From: Gammaproteobacteria bacterium
GTDB taxonomy: Bacteria; Pseudomonadota; Gammaproteobacteria; G965209235
Reading direction: 5' to 3'
Assembly (NCBI GenBank): GCA_965209235.1
Contig: OZ242382.1
Coordinates: 1,058,957 to 1,122,956, forward strand
Length of the DNA stretch: 64,000 nt
In this document: piece after piece, positions 38,500-47,589 of the stretch
Numbering within the stretch: the first letter of the stretch is position 1
How the letters are laid out: each line of letters opens with the position of its first letter
Position numbers and translations under genes: made by a program
Notes under the pieces: generated by a model
The model's database searches: none
What the model saw: only the letters and a program-made list of their open reading frames with translations
What the model was told of the DNA's origin: nothing

Positions 38500-40457
38500 G
38501 CGGTTTCCGTGCCCCCGTCTTCATCATCACGTTACCTCATGCGCGTGGCAGAGCCGATGGCTTGGTGGCCGATCTCGCGGATATGGGAATTGATTCGACG
38601 GTGGTGATTGGAGTGCGGCCCACCGTTGACGTCACCACACAAGTCTTAGAACGTTTTCAAGCTCGGGTGCCAGAATTGCGGTTCAGGCGGAAACTTCTTG
38701 CTCCGGAATTCGGGTGCACGCTTGCGCATATGCGGCTGTATGCCCGGATCGTCAGAGAAGGGCTGCAAGGGGCGGTCATCATGGAAGATGATGCGGGGAT
38801 ACTGCCTCCATTTCAGTCGTTCTACGAGGCACTCCATCCGAGCTTGCCGCCGGTGTTTGCCAGCGCGCGGGAGCATCGTATCGGGCGCCGTATCTGGCAC
38901 ATGGCCAACCTTCGGGCCCGCTGCGCCGCCTGGCTTCAGGTCGGGGATCTGCGTGCGACACCTGCACTTCGGGCCATCGGTGGCACCACCACCTATTGGA
39001 TTGATCGCAGATCTGCCCTGCTAATGCTCAATCACTTGTCGGTTCCGATTGATGCCATTGACAACATGTTTTTGCAACCTGATATTTCGCCTCAGTGGGT
39101 GTGGCTGACCAGACTCGACTCGGGCGCGACCACGCACTCACTCGCGGTCAAGGAGGCATCGACGATTTGGAGTCACCGCCTCGACCGCGACCCCTGGGTC
39201 AACGATGCGCAGTGGGACCGGCTGATCTCAAGCAAACAGTGGCCCGAGGTTGGTCCACGCAAGAGGATGTGGGGTGCATCGCTTTGGGGATTCATGCGAG
39301 AGACAGCGCACATGCGCTGGGGCGCAGCCCCCACCCCGGGAAGCCGTCGCCGGTTTGCCTCCCTCAGTCGCAGCTCTGAGCCAACCGTTGTGCCGTCACA
39401 TGATGAGTCGCTGGCTGAGATGCCGGCCATCCCTCGGCGGAGAGGCGTGGGCGGTGTGATCAGCGCTGTTGTATCTCGCCTGCCAGGGGTGCGGATGATG
39501 CAGACGTGGCGCGCACACCGCCAAGATGTACTTGGCCAGCACGACAGTCAACGTCGCCCCATTTCTCGCGTCATGCAAGGGCCATATCCGCCTGTTTTCT
39601 TAGCGCAGGCGGATGGTACCAGTGATGCAGCGATCACGCTGGCCCATGCGGGGTGTTCGGTGATGGCGATGGGTACCACGCAAGCATTGCCGTATGGGCT
39701 TCGATGTGTCGACGTCGTGCCAGCGCATTGGCGGCACATTCATGATCACGATGGTGCATGGGCGCGAGTCCAAACCCATTTGGCCATTTGGCAACGTATT
39801 GCCAATCTCACAGAAGGGTGTGGCGCCCTCGTCATTGAGCCGCAGGTGCAGCTGCGCGAGGATGTGCGCGGGTTGCTGGAAGTGTTGCATCACCGCGGTA
39901 GCAGTTTTTCGCTGCTGAACCTGTCAGCGAATGCAACTCAGGGGCGTTTCCCCATGCGCGATGACCCCATTGTGGGTCGGCGAGCCGAACGGTTTGTTTT
40001 GGACGGCGCGAGACAGTGTTCAGTCAACCTCGGGGCATCGTCGCTAGCGGGGGCCTATTGGCTGAGCAAAGGCGCGGCACAGAGACTTTTGAACGAAGCG
40101 GTGCCGTTGAGAGGACCGATTGAGCATGTGCTGTTTGGATGGCCGTGGGCTTTTCGCCCGCACTGGATCACGCTGCCGGGCATGGCACCTTTTGCTGATC
40201 TGGGACATCCAGCGGCTGTGTCGGCGCCGCGTCTTCGCGGCGCGAGATGGGGCGCTGCGCGCTTGCGCGCCGGTCAGGGAATTGCCTTCGATCAGTTAAA
40301 TCGCATCACCAGACCCGCCGAGGTGCCTATTGGATTTCACCCCGCATGGATTCATCGCACCGCGGCGCCTGGGCCACTGATGCAGTCACTGCGGGAAGTC
40401 CGGCAGGCGGTGAAGCAGATCGCTGACACAATGCCTGTCACTCACATTCGCGGCTAA
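38496..40457 (+). CDS. Tandem GT25-like glycosyltransferase, paralog B (N-domain EDD, C-domain EPQ)
   Basis: 'PVFIITL', 'PEFGCTLAH..LY..IV', 'AVIMEDD', 'GTTTYWIDRRSA'; ATGA overlap with paralog A. Confidence 0.78.
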   Translation: MSGFRAPVFIITLPHARGRADGLVADLADMGIDSTVVIGVRPTVDVTTQVLERFQARVPELRFRRKLLAPEFGCTLAHMRLYARIVREGLQGAVIMEDDAGILPPFQSFYEALHPSLPPVFASAREHRIGRRIWHMANLRARCAAWLQVGDLRATPALRAIGGTTTYWIDRRSALLMLNHLSVPIDAIDNMFLQPDISPQWVWLTRLDSGATTHSLAVKEASTIWSHRLDRDPWVNDAQWDRLISSKQWPEVGPRKRMWGASLWGFMRETAHMRWGAAPTPGSRRRFASLSRSSEPTVVPSHDESLAEMPAIPRRRGVGGVISAVVSRLPGVRMMQTWRAHRQDVLGQHDSQRRPISRVMQGPYPPVFLAQADGTSDAAITLAHAGCSVMAMGTTQALPYGLRCVDVVPAHWRHIHDHDGAWARVQTHLAIWQRIANLTEGCGALVIEPQVQLREDVRGLLEVLHHRGSSFSLLNLSANATQGRFPMRDDPIVGRRAERFVLDGARQCSVNLGASSLAGAYWLSKGAAQRLLNEAVPLRGPIEHVLFGWPWAFRPHWITLPGMAPFADLGHPAAVSAPRLRGARWGAARLRAGQGIAFDQLNRITRPAEVPIGFHPAWIHRTAAPGPLMQSLREVRQAVKQIADTMPVTHIRG

Positions 40458-40467
40458 CGGCACCCAT

Positions 40468-42033
40468 ATGTCATCCATGGATGTTTCAGTGCAGACGGCC
40501 GGCGTGGGTCAGATGCCGGTCTTTATCGTGCAGCGTGAGGCCAGCCGCGATCGTGCCCTTGGCCTCGAACGTGACCTTGCAGATCTTGGGATTTCGGCCG
40601 CGCATTGGCCTTTGTTGCGCGCGGGTATTGACGTCTCCGCTGGATGGATGGAACGAGCCGCGCGCGCCATTCCGCCGCCTTCTGAGGAGGCGTTTTTAAG
40701 ACACTTTGCGCATGCTCGGTTGTACGCCCATATCGTGGCCAAGGGGCTGCCGGGCGCCGTGATCCTCGAAGATCACGCGTGCGTCAGTCCGCGCTTTGCT
40801 GCGTTGTACCACGCCTTTCACCCGGGGCTTGCACCCGTGATGGCGTCGATGGACGGGTTGCAACATGTGACGTCCGATTCCGGCGTGTCCCTGGCATTGG
40901 GTGATGCGATCGCAACGCGCGGTACGTTCGGGGTCGGTCATCCTGCGTGTTACTGGATCGATCGGCGCAGCGCGCTCAAGCGACTCAATGCTGCGATCCC
41001 TCCGTTGCGTTACGCCGGCGATATGTGGTTGCTGCGCCGCGAGGATCAAGTGGCGACCTATCCGCAGACTGCTGTTCTCAATCGGTCTCCCGTGGTGCAT
41101 GCCTCGCGCAATCACCCGATGCCAGCGCGCCGAACGGGAAGGTCTCGCGTCTTAGCGGGGCCCGTGCCCCCCGTGGTGGTCATTGAGGAAGCAGGTGCGT
41201 CATCTGTGGCCGCGGAACTCCGTGCCATGGGGTGCGATGCGCAGATCGTGAAACCCATTGACGTGCTCCCTCCTGATGCAATCTGCCCGTTTCGACGGCA
41301 GCTGCATTGGTCGCAAGTGGATGATGCTGTCTGGCACCGCGGCATGCAACATGTTTGCGCGTGGCGGTGGATCGCCGAACACGGTGAAGGGAGCGGCGGC
41401 TTGGTCGTGGACAGCCAGGCACGGGTACAGCACGACCTCTCGGCGTTGCTGGCAATTTTGCGTCGTCGCGGTGACCTCTTTGAGGTACTCAACCTCACAT
41501 CACAGATCACGGAATCGACATGGCCGCGGTTGAACGACTCTTTTGTGGGACTGGACTCTGAAAGCTATGCGCTGGATGATGGACGGGAGTGTGGAATCAA
41601 TCTCGGTGCGTCTGCCAGTGCCAGTGCGTACTGGGTGAGCCAGTCCGGCGCGAAGCGGTTGTTGAACGAATGTGTACCCATGAGGGCACCTATTGAGCAT
41701 GCGTTGTTTGGGTTGCCGTGGTCCTTTCGTCCCCACTGGATCCTGACCAAGGGACAACCGCCGCTGTCGGCTGAACGCCACCCGCTGGATGCTGACATGT
41801 CACAGCCCACCGATTGGCGTGGCCGGTGGCTCGCGCGCTATTGGCGTCTTGGCGCCGGCGTGGCTCTGTCCCAGTGGTCTCAGGCTCAACGAAACACCGC
41901 CTTTTGGCCCAAGGATCGTATTGAAACCATTCTCAAACGCCGATTCAGAGGACCTGCCCCACAAGTCTCGCCTTTGCTGACATCGCAGATCGCTCAACTG
42001 GCCGATCGCGTGGTGGCGCCATGGTTGCCATGA
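40468..42033 (+). CDS. Tandem GT25-like protein, paralog C (N-domain EDH, C-domain DSQ; short linker)
   Basis: 'PVFIV', 'FAH.RLY.HIV', 'AVILEDH', 'ACYWIDRRSA'; C-domain collinear with paralogs A, B and D. Confidence 0.7.
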   Translation: MSSMDVSVQTAGVGQMPVFIVQREASRDRALGLERDLADLGISAAHWPLLRAGIDVSAGWMERAARAIPPPSEEAFLRHFAHARLYAHIVAKGLPGAVILEDHACVSPRFAALYHAFHPGLAPVMASMDGLQHVTSDSGVSLALGDAIATRGTFGVGHPACYWIDRRSALKRLNAAIPPLRYAGDMWLLRREDQVATYPQTAVLNRSPVVHASRNHPMPARRTGRSRVLAGPVPPVVVIEEAGASSVAAELRAMGCDAQIVKPIDVLPPDAICPFRRQLHWSQVDDAVWHRGMQHVCAWRWIAEHGEGSGGLVVDSQARVQHDLSALLAILRRRGDLFEVLNLTSQITESTWPRLNDSFVGLDSESYALDDGRECGINLGASASASAYWVSQSGAKRLLNECVPMRAPIEHALFGLPWSFRPHWILTKGQPPLSAERHPLDADMSQPTDWRGRWLARYWRLGAGVALSQWSQAQRNTAFWPKDRIETILKRRFRGPAPQVSPLLTSQIAQLADRVVAPWLP

Positions 42034-43883
42034 CGGGCGCCGTTGTCACACGGAAGATGCCCGTCTTTGTCGTGGCACTGGGAAGCCGGTTGCCGCAGGC
42101 GCAGGCCACGGTTCGCCTGCTTCACGACATGGGGATTGAGGCGCGCATTTTCCCTGGCGTGGTGCCGCCGAAAGATCTGGCGCCATCGGCTATCAACACC
42201 ATCTTGAATCGCGCGGCGCACCGGCGCCACCACCCCCTCACGACCGGCGAAGTGGGGTGTTACTTTGCGCACTACCGGGCGCTTGCATCCGTGGTGCGTG
42301 ACGGATTAAACGGCGTGGTGATGCTTGAAAGTGACGCATTGTTGCGGCCTGCGTTCAAAACCACGTATGAATCGCTGCATTCGTCGCTTCCATTCACGGG
42401 ATTGGCCGCGGGCGAGCTGCCGTTGGATACACAGTTGCATGTGAAGCAGCTCACTCGATCGCGCAACACGCCTTGGCTTCGGCTGGGCCAGATGCGCGGC
42501 GCCACGGCCATGACCTTCGTGTGCGGCACCTCTGGGTATTGGATGGATCGCCGCTCGGTGATCTTGGCGTTGTCTCATCTTCATTCCGTCTTCATGCCGA
42601 TTGACGAGATGCTGTCTTCTCATGGCACATCGGTCATGTGGCAGTGGGCGGTTCGTCCCCGCGACGCCAATGTTGTTGTGTCTCTTGGCGAGAACATGAC
42701 GGAATCGGCGATTGAAAAACAACGGCAGGAACGCGGTAGTACGCCGCGCGAAGCGCGATTGACGCTCGGGCAGCGCATCCGCACGCGCTTGCGATATATC
42801 CGAATGTTGGTGCTCCCGGCACCGCATCCCGGAACGCGCCAGACGTGTAATCTTCCCAAGCTCATGAGAGCTCCTGAACCCACGGCAGCCGTGGCGTCAG
42901 CGCCGGCCAAAGCTGCACCCACTCGCCCACTGCTTCATCGCATCTCAGATATGGCGGGCTCGTTAGCGATCGGTCGATTCATGATTGCGACCGTGCACGA
43001 CATTCGTGAAGCCAAGGGACAGACGCGGGCCCAACAACGCCAAGTCACGCGCTATGCGGCAGGGCCGTTCGCGCCGGTCTATCTCGCAGAAACAGCGGGT
43101 CGCACGGGTGATGCTTATGACACCATTGCGCGACGAGGACTTGAAGTCCAGTCTGTGCGGGCGAGCGAATCGCTCGGGGATGATTTGAAGTGCCGTTCCG
43201 TGATCGAAGAACACTGGAGCCATGTGGAACCGTCAGCTTGGGATCGTGCGGCGGCGCACATCGCGTGTTGGCAACGCATCGCAGATCAACGCCAGGGACA
43301 CGGCGGGGTGGTTATTGAGCCCCATGTCGACATCACGTGCGATGTGCGAGAGCTTCTAGAGGCGCTGTATCACCGGGGAGACACTTTTTCACTTCTCAAT
43401 TTGTGTCAGCCTGTGGCAGGCAGTCTTTGGCCGTCGCCAGATGATCCGTTTGCTGGAAGGCGCGCGTACCGATGGACACTCGATGGACAACGTCAGTGCT
43501 CTCTTAATCTGGGCGGCAGTCATTTGGCCGGCGCATACTGGGTCACCACGGAAGGCGCGCGCGCATTGTTGAACGAGGTGTTGCCGCTTCGGGCACCCGT
43601 GGAGCACGCCCTCTTCGGGCATCGTTGGGCACTGCGCCGCCATTGGTCCATCACGTCAGGCGGTGCGCCGTTTCGTGATGCGGGACACCATGATGCCGTG
43701 ACGCGGCATCGTTCAGTCGGCGGCCTATTGCATGCTCGCGCGGCTTGGCAGCACATGTTTGAAGCGAGACATGAAGAGGGACTGTCCACCGCCTCTGTGC
43801 CATGGTTTGACGGCGGCGTGCCGCAGTCGCCGCGTTTTGCTAGAGACGCCGCGCGGCGTCTGGCCAAGGACAGCCCGGCGTAA
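42030..43883 (+). CDS. Tandem GT25-like protein, paralog D (N-domain ESD, C-domain EPH)
   Basis: 'PVFVVAL', 'LTTGEVGCYFAH', 'VVMLESD', 'GTSGYWMDRRS', 'PIDEM'; ATGA overlap with paralog C at 42030. Confidence 0.75.
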   Translation: MTGAVVTRKMPVFVVALGSRLPQAQATVRLLHDMGIEARIFPGVVPPKDLAPSAINTILNRAAHRRHHPLTTGEVGCYFAHYRALASVVRDGLNGVVMLESDALLRPAFKTTYESLHSSLPFTGLAAGELPLDTQLHVKQLTRSRNTPWLRLGQMRGATAMTFVCGTSGYWMDRRSVILALSHLHSVFMPIDEMLSSHGTSVMWQWAVRPRDANVVVSLGENMTESAIEKQRQERGSTPREARLTLGQRIRTRLRYIRMLVLPAPHPGTRQTCNLPKLMRAPEPTAAVASAPAKAAPTRPLLHRISDMAGSLAIGRFMIATVHDIREAKGQTRAQQRQVTRYAAGPFAPVYLAETAGRTGDAYDTIARRGLEVQSVRASESLGDDLKCRSVIEEHWSHVEPSAWDRAAAHIACWQRIADQRQGHGGVVIEPHVDITCDVRELLEALYHRGDTFSLLNLCQPVAGSLWPSPDDPFAGRRAYRWTLDGQRQCSLNLGGSHLAGAYWVTTEGARALLNEVLPLRAPVEHALFGHRWALRRHWSITSGGAPFRDAGHHDAVTRHRSVGGLLHARAAWQHMFEARHEEGLSTASVPWFDGGVPQSPRFARDAARRLAKDSPA

Positions 43884-43916
43884 CGCCGCCTGTAGCGCGC
43901 AAACCCGCGACGAAAT

Positions 43917-43945
43917 TTGTGGCAGGGTCCCGTCCTTGGTACAAT
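43917..43945 (+). promoter_or_regulatory. Putative sigma70 promoter of the rpsP operon
   Basis: TTGTGG-17 nt-TACAAT with an extended -10 TG. Confidence 0.55.
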
Positions 43946-43972
43946 CTCGAAAACGTGGCATTAGGCTGTTTG

Positions 43973-44239
43973 GTGCTCAAAATTCGTCTAGCTCGTGGTG
44001 GTACCAAGCATCGCCCTTTTTACCGTATTACGGTCGCTGATTCGCGCAAACCGCGCGATGGTCGCTACATCAAGCGTATCGGGTTCTATAACCCGCAACC
44101 GTCTGGAAAAGATGTGCCGCTCAACATTGATGTTGATGCTCTCAACCATCACATTGCGCAAGGCGCACAAATGTCCGGTACCGTCGCAGCATTAGTGCGC
44201 CGGTTCCAACGCGAAGCTGCCGCAACTCCGGCGGAATAA
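43973..44239 (+). CDS. rpsP: 30S ribosomal protein S16
   Basis: 'LKIRLARGG.KHRPFYRI.VADSR.PRDGRYI..IG.YNP'. Confidence 0.97.
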   Translation: MLKIRLARGGTKHRPFYRITVADSRKPRDGRYIKRIGFYNPQPSGKDVPLNIDVDALNHHIAQGAQMSGTVAALVRRFQREAAATPAE

Positions 44240-44255
44240 CTTTGGTTGCCGTGGC

Positions 44256-44774
44256 ATGCAGGACGAACACACCATTGCCCTTGGGCGGGTCGGGCGCAGC
44301 CACGGCATAAAGGGGCAAGTCCGCGTTCATTCGTGGGCATCCCCGATGGAAGGCATCACGGCCTTTCAGGAATTCCAATGTCACCTCGAGGGTGAATGGC
44401 TGACGGTCAAGATTGACAACTGGTGGAGACAGCCCGGGGGATCCATGGTGGCTTCGGTGCGCGGTTACCGCACTCCCGAAGATGTCAAGCATCTGACCGG
44501 CGGCGTTCTGCATGTGCCGCGGCATCTCTTAACGCGCGACGATGACGAGGTCTTTTGGCATGAGTTGGAAGGCATGGATGTGGTTGATACGTCCGGGTCT
44601 GTGTGCGGCACGGTGACATCGTTGATGGAAACAGGATCCAATGATGTGCTGGTGGTGAAGACTCCAGAGACTACACACCTCATCCCGTGGCTCATGAACG
44701 AGTCGATCGTGTCGATTGATCAGACCGAGCGGCGCATTGTTGTGGACTGGGACACATACGGAGATGCGCCGTGA
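44256..44774 (+). CDS. rimM: 16S rRNA processing protein RimM
   Basis: 'G...SHGIKGQVRV', 'FWHELEG..V', 'ETGSNDVLVV', 'LIPW'. Confidence 0.95.
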   Translation: MQDEHTIALGRVGRSHGIKGQVRVHSWASPMEGITAFQEFQCHLEGEWLTVKIDNWWRQPGGSMVASVRGYRTPEDVKHLTGGVLHVPRHLLTRDDDEVFWHELEGMDVVDTSGSVCGTVTSLMETGSNDVLVVKTPETTHLIPWLMNESIVSIDQTERRIVVDWDTYGDAP

Positions 44775-45532
44775 CTTTTCACATCGTCACACTCTTTGCA
44801 GGGCTGATCGAAGCGATCAACCACGATGGTGTGATTGGACGCGCCATACGCAATGGCGTGGTGCATGTTACGACGTATGACCCGCGCGACTATGCCAAAG
44901 ATGCACGGCGAACCGTCGACGATACGCCATACGGCGGAGGCCCGGGGATGGTCATGATGGCTGATCCGGTCGGACTGGCGATTGAGGCTGCTCGCGTCAA
45001 CGCCCCAAACGCGCCGGTGATCTACGTGTCACCGTCTGGAGAGCCGCTCGATCGCGGACATGCCGTGACGTGGAGCCAAGAGACCGACATCATCCTCGTA
45101 TGTGGTCGCTACGACGGAATCGATCAGCGCGTGCTCGATCAACACGTCAGTGCGTGCGTCAGCGTGAGTAACGCCGTGGTGTCAGGCGGCGAATTGCCCG
45201 CGCTGATGGTGGTTGACGCAGTGACCCGTCGCATCCAAGGAGCCCTTGGAAATCCTCGCTCGGTTGAGGAAGACGCGTTTGAAACTGCGGTGTTTCCGGC
45301 TGCTCAGTACACCCGCCCGTCAGTCTGGAGAGGGGTGCCCGTCCCCGCAGTACTGGAAAATGGCAACCACAAAGACATCGCGAACTACAAACGCGGTGCA
45401 GGGTTATGGCGGACGATGCGCCATCGCCCAGACATCATGGAACAAACACCGATGAGCTTCGTAGACGCGAATCTCCTCATCGCGTTTGCACAGAAACATT
45501 TGACCTCAAGGTCGCAAGGAGAAAAATCGTGA
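44771..45532 (+). CDS. trmD: tRNA (guanine37-N1)-methyltransferase
   Basis: 'VDDTPYGGGPGMVM', 'CGRYDGIDQR', 'SGGELPA', 'YTRP'. Confidence 0.95.
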   Translation: MTFHIVTLFAGLIEAINHDGVIGRAIRNGVVHVTTYDPRDYAKDARRTVDDTPYGGGPGMVMMADPVGLAIEAARVNAPNAPVIYVSPSGEPLDRGHAVTWSQETDIILVCGRYDGIDQRVLDQHVSACVSVSNAVVSGGELPALMVVDAVTRRIQGALGNPRSVEEDAFETAVFPAAQYTRPSVWRGVPVPAVLENGNHKDIANYKRGAGLWRTMRHRPDIMEQTPMSFVDANLLIAFAQKHLTSRSQGEKS

Positions 45533-45897
45533 GTCAAAACAAATGGGTCGAACTGGTTGATAGTCAACAGCCACGTAACGACATGCCCGAATTCAGGCAG
45601 GGAGATACCGTCCGCCTCATGATGAGGGTGCGCGATGGTGCGCGCGAGCGTCTTCAGGCTTTCGAAGGAGTTGTGTTGGCACGCCGAGGTGGCGGGTTGC
45701 ACGAATCCGTGATCGTCCGTCGCATCTCGCATGGTGTGGGCGTTGAACGTACGATTTGCCTGAACAGCCCCGCCCTCGCTGGCGTGGAAGTCAAGCGTCT
45801 GGGACGCGTGCGTCAAGGGCGGATTTACTGGTTGCGGGATCGTTCTGGCCGCCGGGCTCGTATCCCCCAACGTATCGTGGCGAACACCACGAAGTGA
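45529..45897 (+). CDS. rplS: 50S ribosomal protein L19
   Basis: 'PEFRQGDTV', 'RLQAFEGVV', 'VRRISHGVGVER', 'YWLRDRSGR.ARI'. Confidence 0.97.
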   Translation: MSQNKWVELVDSQQPRNDMPEFRQGDTVRLMMRVRDGARERLQAFEGVVLARRGGGLHESVIVRRISHGVGVERTICLNSPALAGVEVKRLGRVRQGRIYWLRDRSGRRARIPQRIVANTTK

Positions 45898-46805
45898 CCG
45901 ACGCTTCGGCTCATGCCCCCGATATGTCTGTGGTCCGTCAGTGGGTTGATGGGCTGCGGGATGTCCGGGGGTTATCGCCGAGGACGCTGAGCGCGTACGA
46001 GCGAGATGGCTTCCAGCTGGTGGCGTTCTTGCATGCGACGGGCACGAATCTCGTTGAGGCGACGCCGCGCGACTTAGAAGAGTGGGTGCTTGATTTGGAG
46101 CGTCGTCGCACGGCGCGAAGCTCAGTCTTGCGGTATCTGTCGTCCGCTCGTGGGTTGTACGGCGAACTGGTGGCAATCGGTGCGGTGACCCGCAGCCCGG
46201 TGGAGCACATCTCGCGCCGGACGAAACCTCGCCTTCCTCGAAATGTTCCGTCTAGCCGGCAAATTGCCGATATCCTGACCGGCGCTGCTGGTCATGGCGC
46301 GTTGGGGCAACGCGACCGCGCGATGATTGAGTTTGGATACGGATGCGGGTTGCGCGCATCCGAATTGGTGGGGATTGATGTCACGGATGTGTCGTTCGAA
46401 GAACGCACGGTCCGCATTCGCGGCAAAGGCGGCGCGGAACGCCTCGTGCCATTCGGCGCACCGGCGCAAGAAGCGGCGGAGCAGTGGATGTACGACGGAC
46501 GTCAACTTTTTATTCGGTCATCGCCCAGCTTGCGTGCGTTTTTCGTGTCTCGTCGGGGTGATCGCCTGTCGCGCGAGCAATGGTGGCGCCGCGTCATGGC
46601 GTGTGCTCGCACTGTAAGCCCTCTCCTGCGCGTTTCGCCTCACGGCCTGCGTCATGCATTTGCAACACACTTGCTCGAGGGAGGTGCCGATTTGCGCGCC
46701 GTACAAATGCTCTTGGGGCACCGGTCTCTCAGCACAACACAGAGGTATACACATGTGGAAAACCGACTTCGTCAATTTGCGCAAACGCATCACCCTCGTG
46801 GGTAG
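45894..46805 (+). CDS. xerD: Tyrosine recombinase XerD (chromosomal)
   Basis: 'RDRA..E..YGCGLRASEL', 'GKGG.ERLVP', 'SPHGLRHAFATHLL.GGADLRAVQMLLGH..LSTTQRYTH'; synteny with dsbC-recJ. Confidence 0.92.
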   Translation: MTDASAHAPDMSVVRQWVDGLRDVRGLSPRTLSAYERDGFQLVAFLHATGTNLVEATPRDLEEWVLDLERRRTARSSVLRYLSSARGLYGELVAIGAVTRSPVEHISRRTKPRLPRNVPSSRQIADILTGAAGHGALGQRDRAMIEFGYGCGLRASELVGIDVTDVSFEERTVRIRGKGGAERLVPFGAPAQEAAEQWMYDGRQLFIRSSPSLRAFFVSRRGDRLSREQWWRRVMACARTVSPLLRVSPHGLRHAFATHLLEGGADLRAVQMLLGHRSLSTTQRYTHVENRLRQFAQTHHPRG

Positions 46806-47589
46806 TCGTGCGCAGTATGCGGGCGCTTGCGCGCTCGCTGCACTCATATTGGCATTCCCGGCCCCCGCACAAGCGGATGGCAAACCAGGGAAGCCGGTGC
46901 GCGCATCTGAAGCCGCGCGCGTTAAGAGCATTCTGAGCGGCATGATTCCCGAGGAAAGAGTGCAGGCCGTTCTGGGATCAGATGCCAAAGGGCTGTATCA
47001 GGTGGACATCGGTTCATCGGTCATGTTGCACACCACCACTGATGGGAAATATCTCTTTATTGGCGATGTGGTCCGCACGGCGGATCAAGTCAATGTGTCT
47101 GAGGTGTGGCGCACGAAAGAGGCCCAGAAGATTGCGCGAGCTTACCCAAGCCGATTCCGGATTCCATCCACGAAGAAGTCCAAAACGTACACCGTGTTCG
47201 CTCTCATTGACGTGCGGTGCGGGTATTGCCGGCGTTTGTACGACGCTTTGAGCGATTACCACGCCAAGGGCATCCGCTTTGAGTTTGCGCCGTTTCCGCT
47301 GAATCCCAGTGATGCTGAGTCCATCAAGGACTTGGGATCGATCTGGTGCTCGCGGGATCCGGTTGCCAGCCTGAAGTCAGGTTTTGCTGGGAATCCCGTT
47401 GTGGAACAAGAATGCAACAGTGACCCCAGTCCGGTGCAAGCTGGCTGGGAAGCGATGCAACAGCTTGGTGGCCGCGGAACTCCACTCTTGGTTTTGCCGA
47501 ATGGGACGGTCCTGAGCGGCGCGCTGCCCCCTGAAGATCTTCTGGCCAGTCTGCAAGCGGATGCTGAACTGGCCACGGCGCAGCGTTGA
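46798..47589 (+). CDS. dsbC: Thiol:disulfide isomerase DsbC
   Basis: Signal peptide, dimerisation region 'GKYLFIG', active site 'CGYC' and cis-Pro 'GTP'. Confidence 0.88.
   Translation: MGSRAQYAGACALAALILAFPAPAQADGKPGKPVRASEAARVKSILSGMIPEERVQAVLGSDAKGLYQVDIGSSVMLHTTTDGKYLFIGDVVRTADQVNVSEVWRTKEAQKIARAYPSRFRIPSTKKSKTYTVFALIDVRCGYCRRLYDALSDYHAKGIRFEFAPFPLNPSDAESIKDLGSIWCSRDPVASLKSGFAGNPVVEQECNSDPSPVQAGWEAMQQLGGRGTPLLVLPNGTVLSGALPPEDLLASLQADAELATAQR

Noticed and set aside
36709-43883. Simple-sequence-repeat phase variation in the GT25 genes (as in lic2A)
   Set aside because: No long homopolymer or tetranucleotide tracts were seen.
45894-46805. Tyrosine recombinase as a sign of a mobile element
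   Set aside because: It sits in the conserved rplS-xerD-dsbC-recJ-prfB-lysS context and has the XerD signature, so it is housekeeping.
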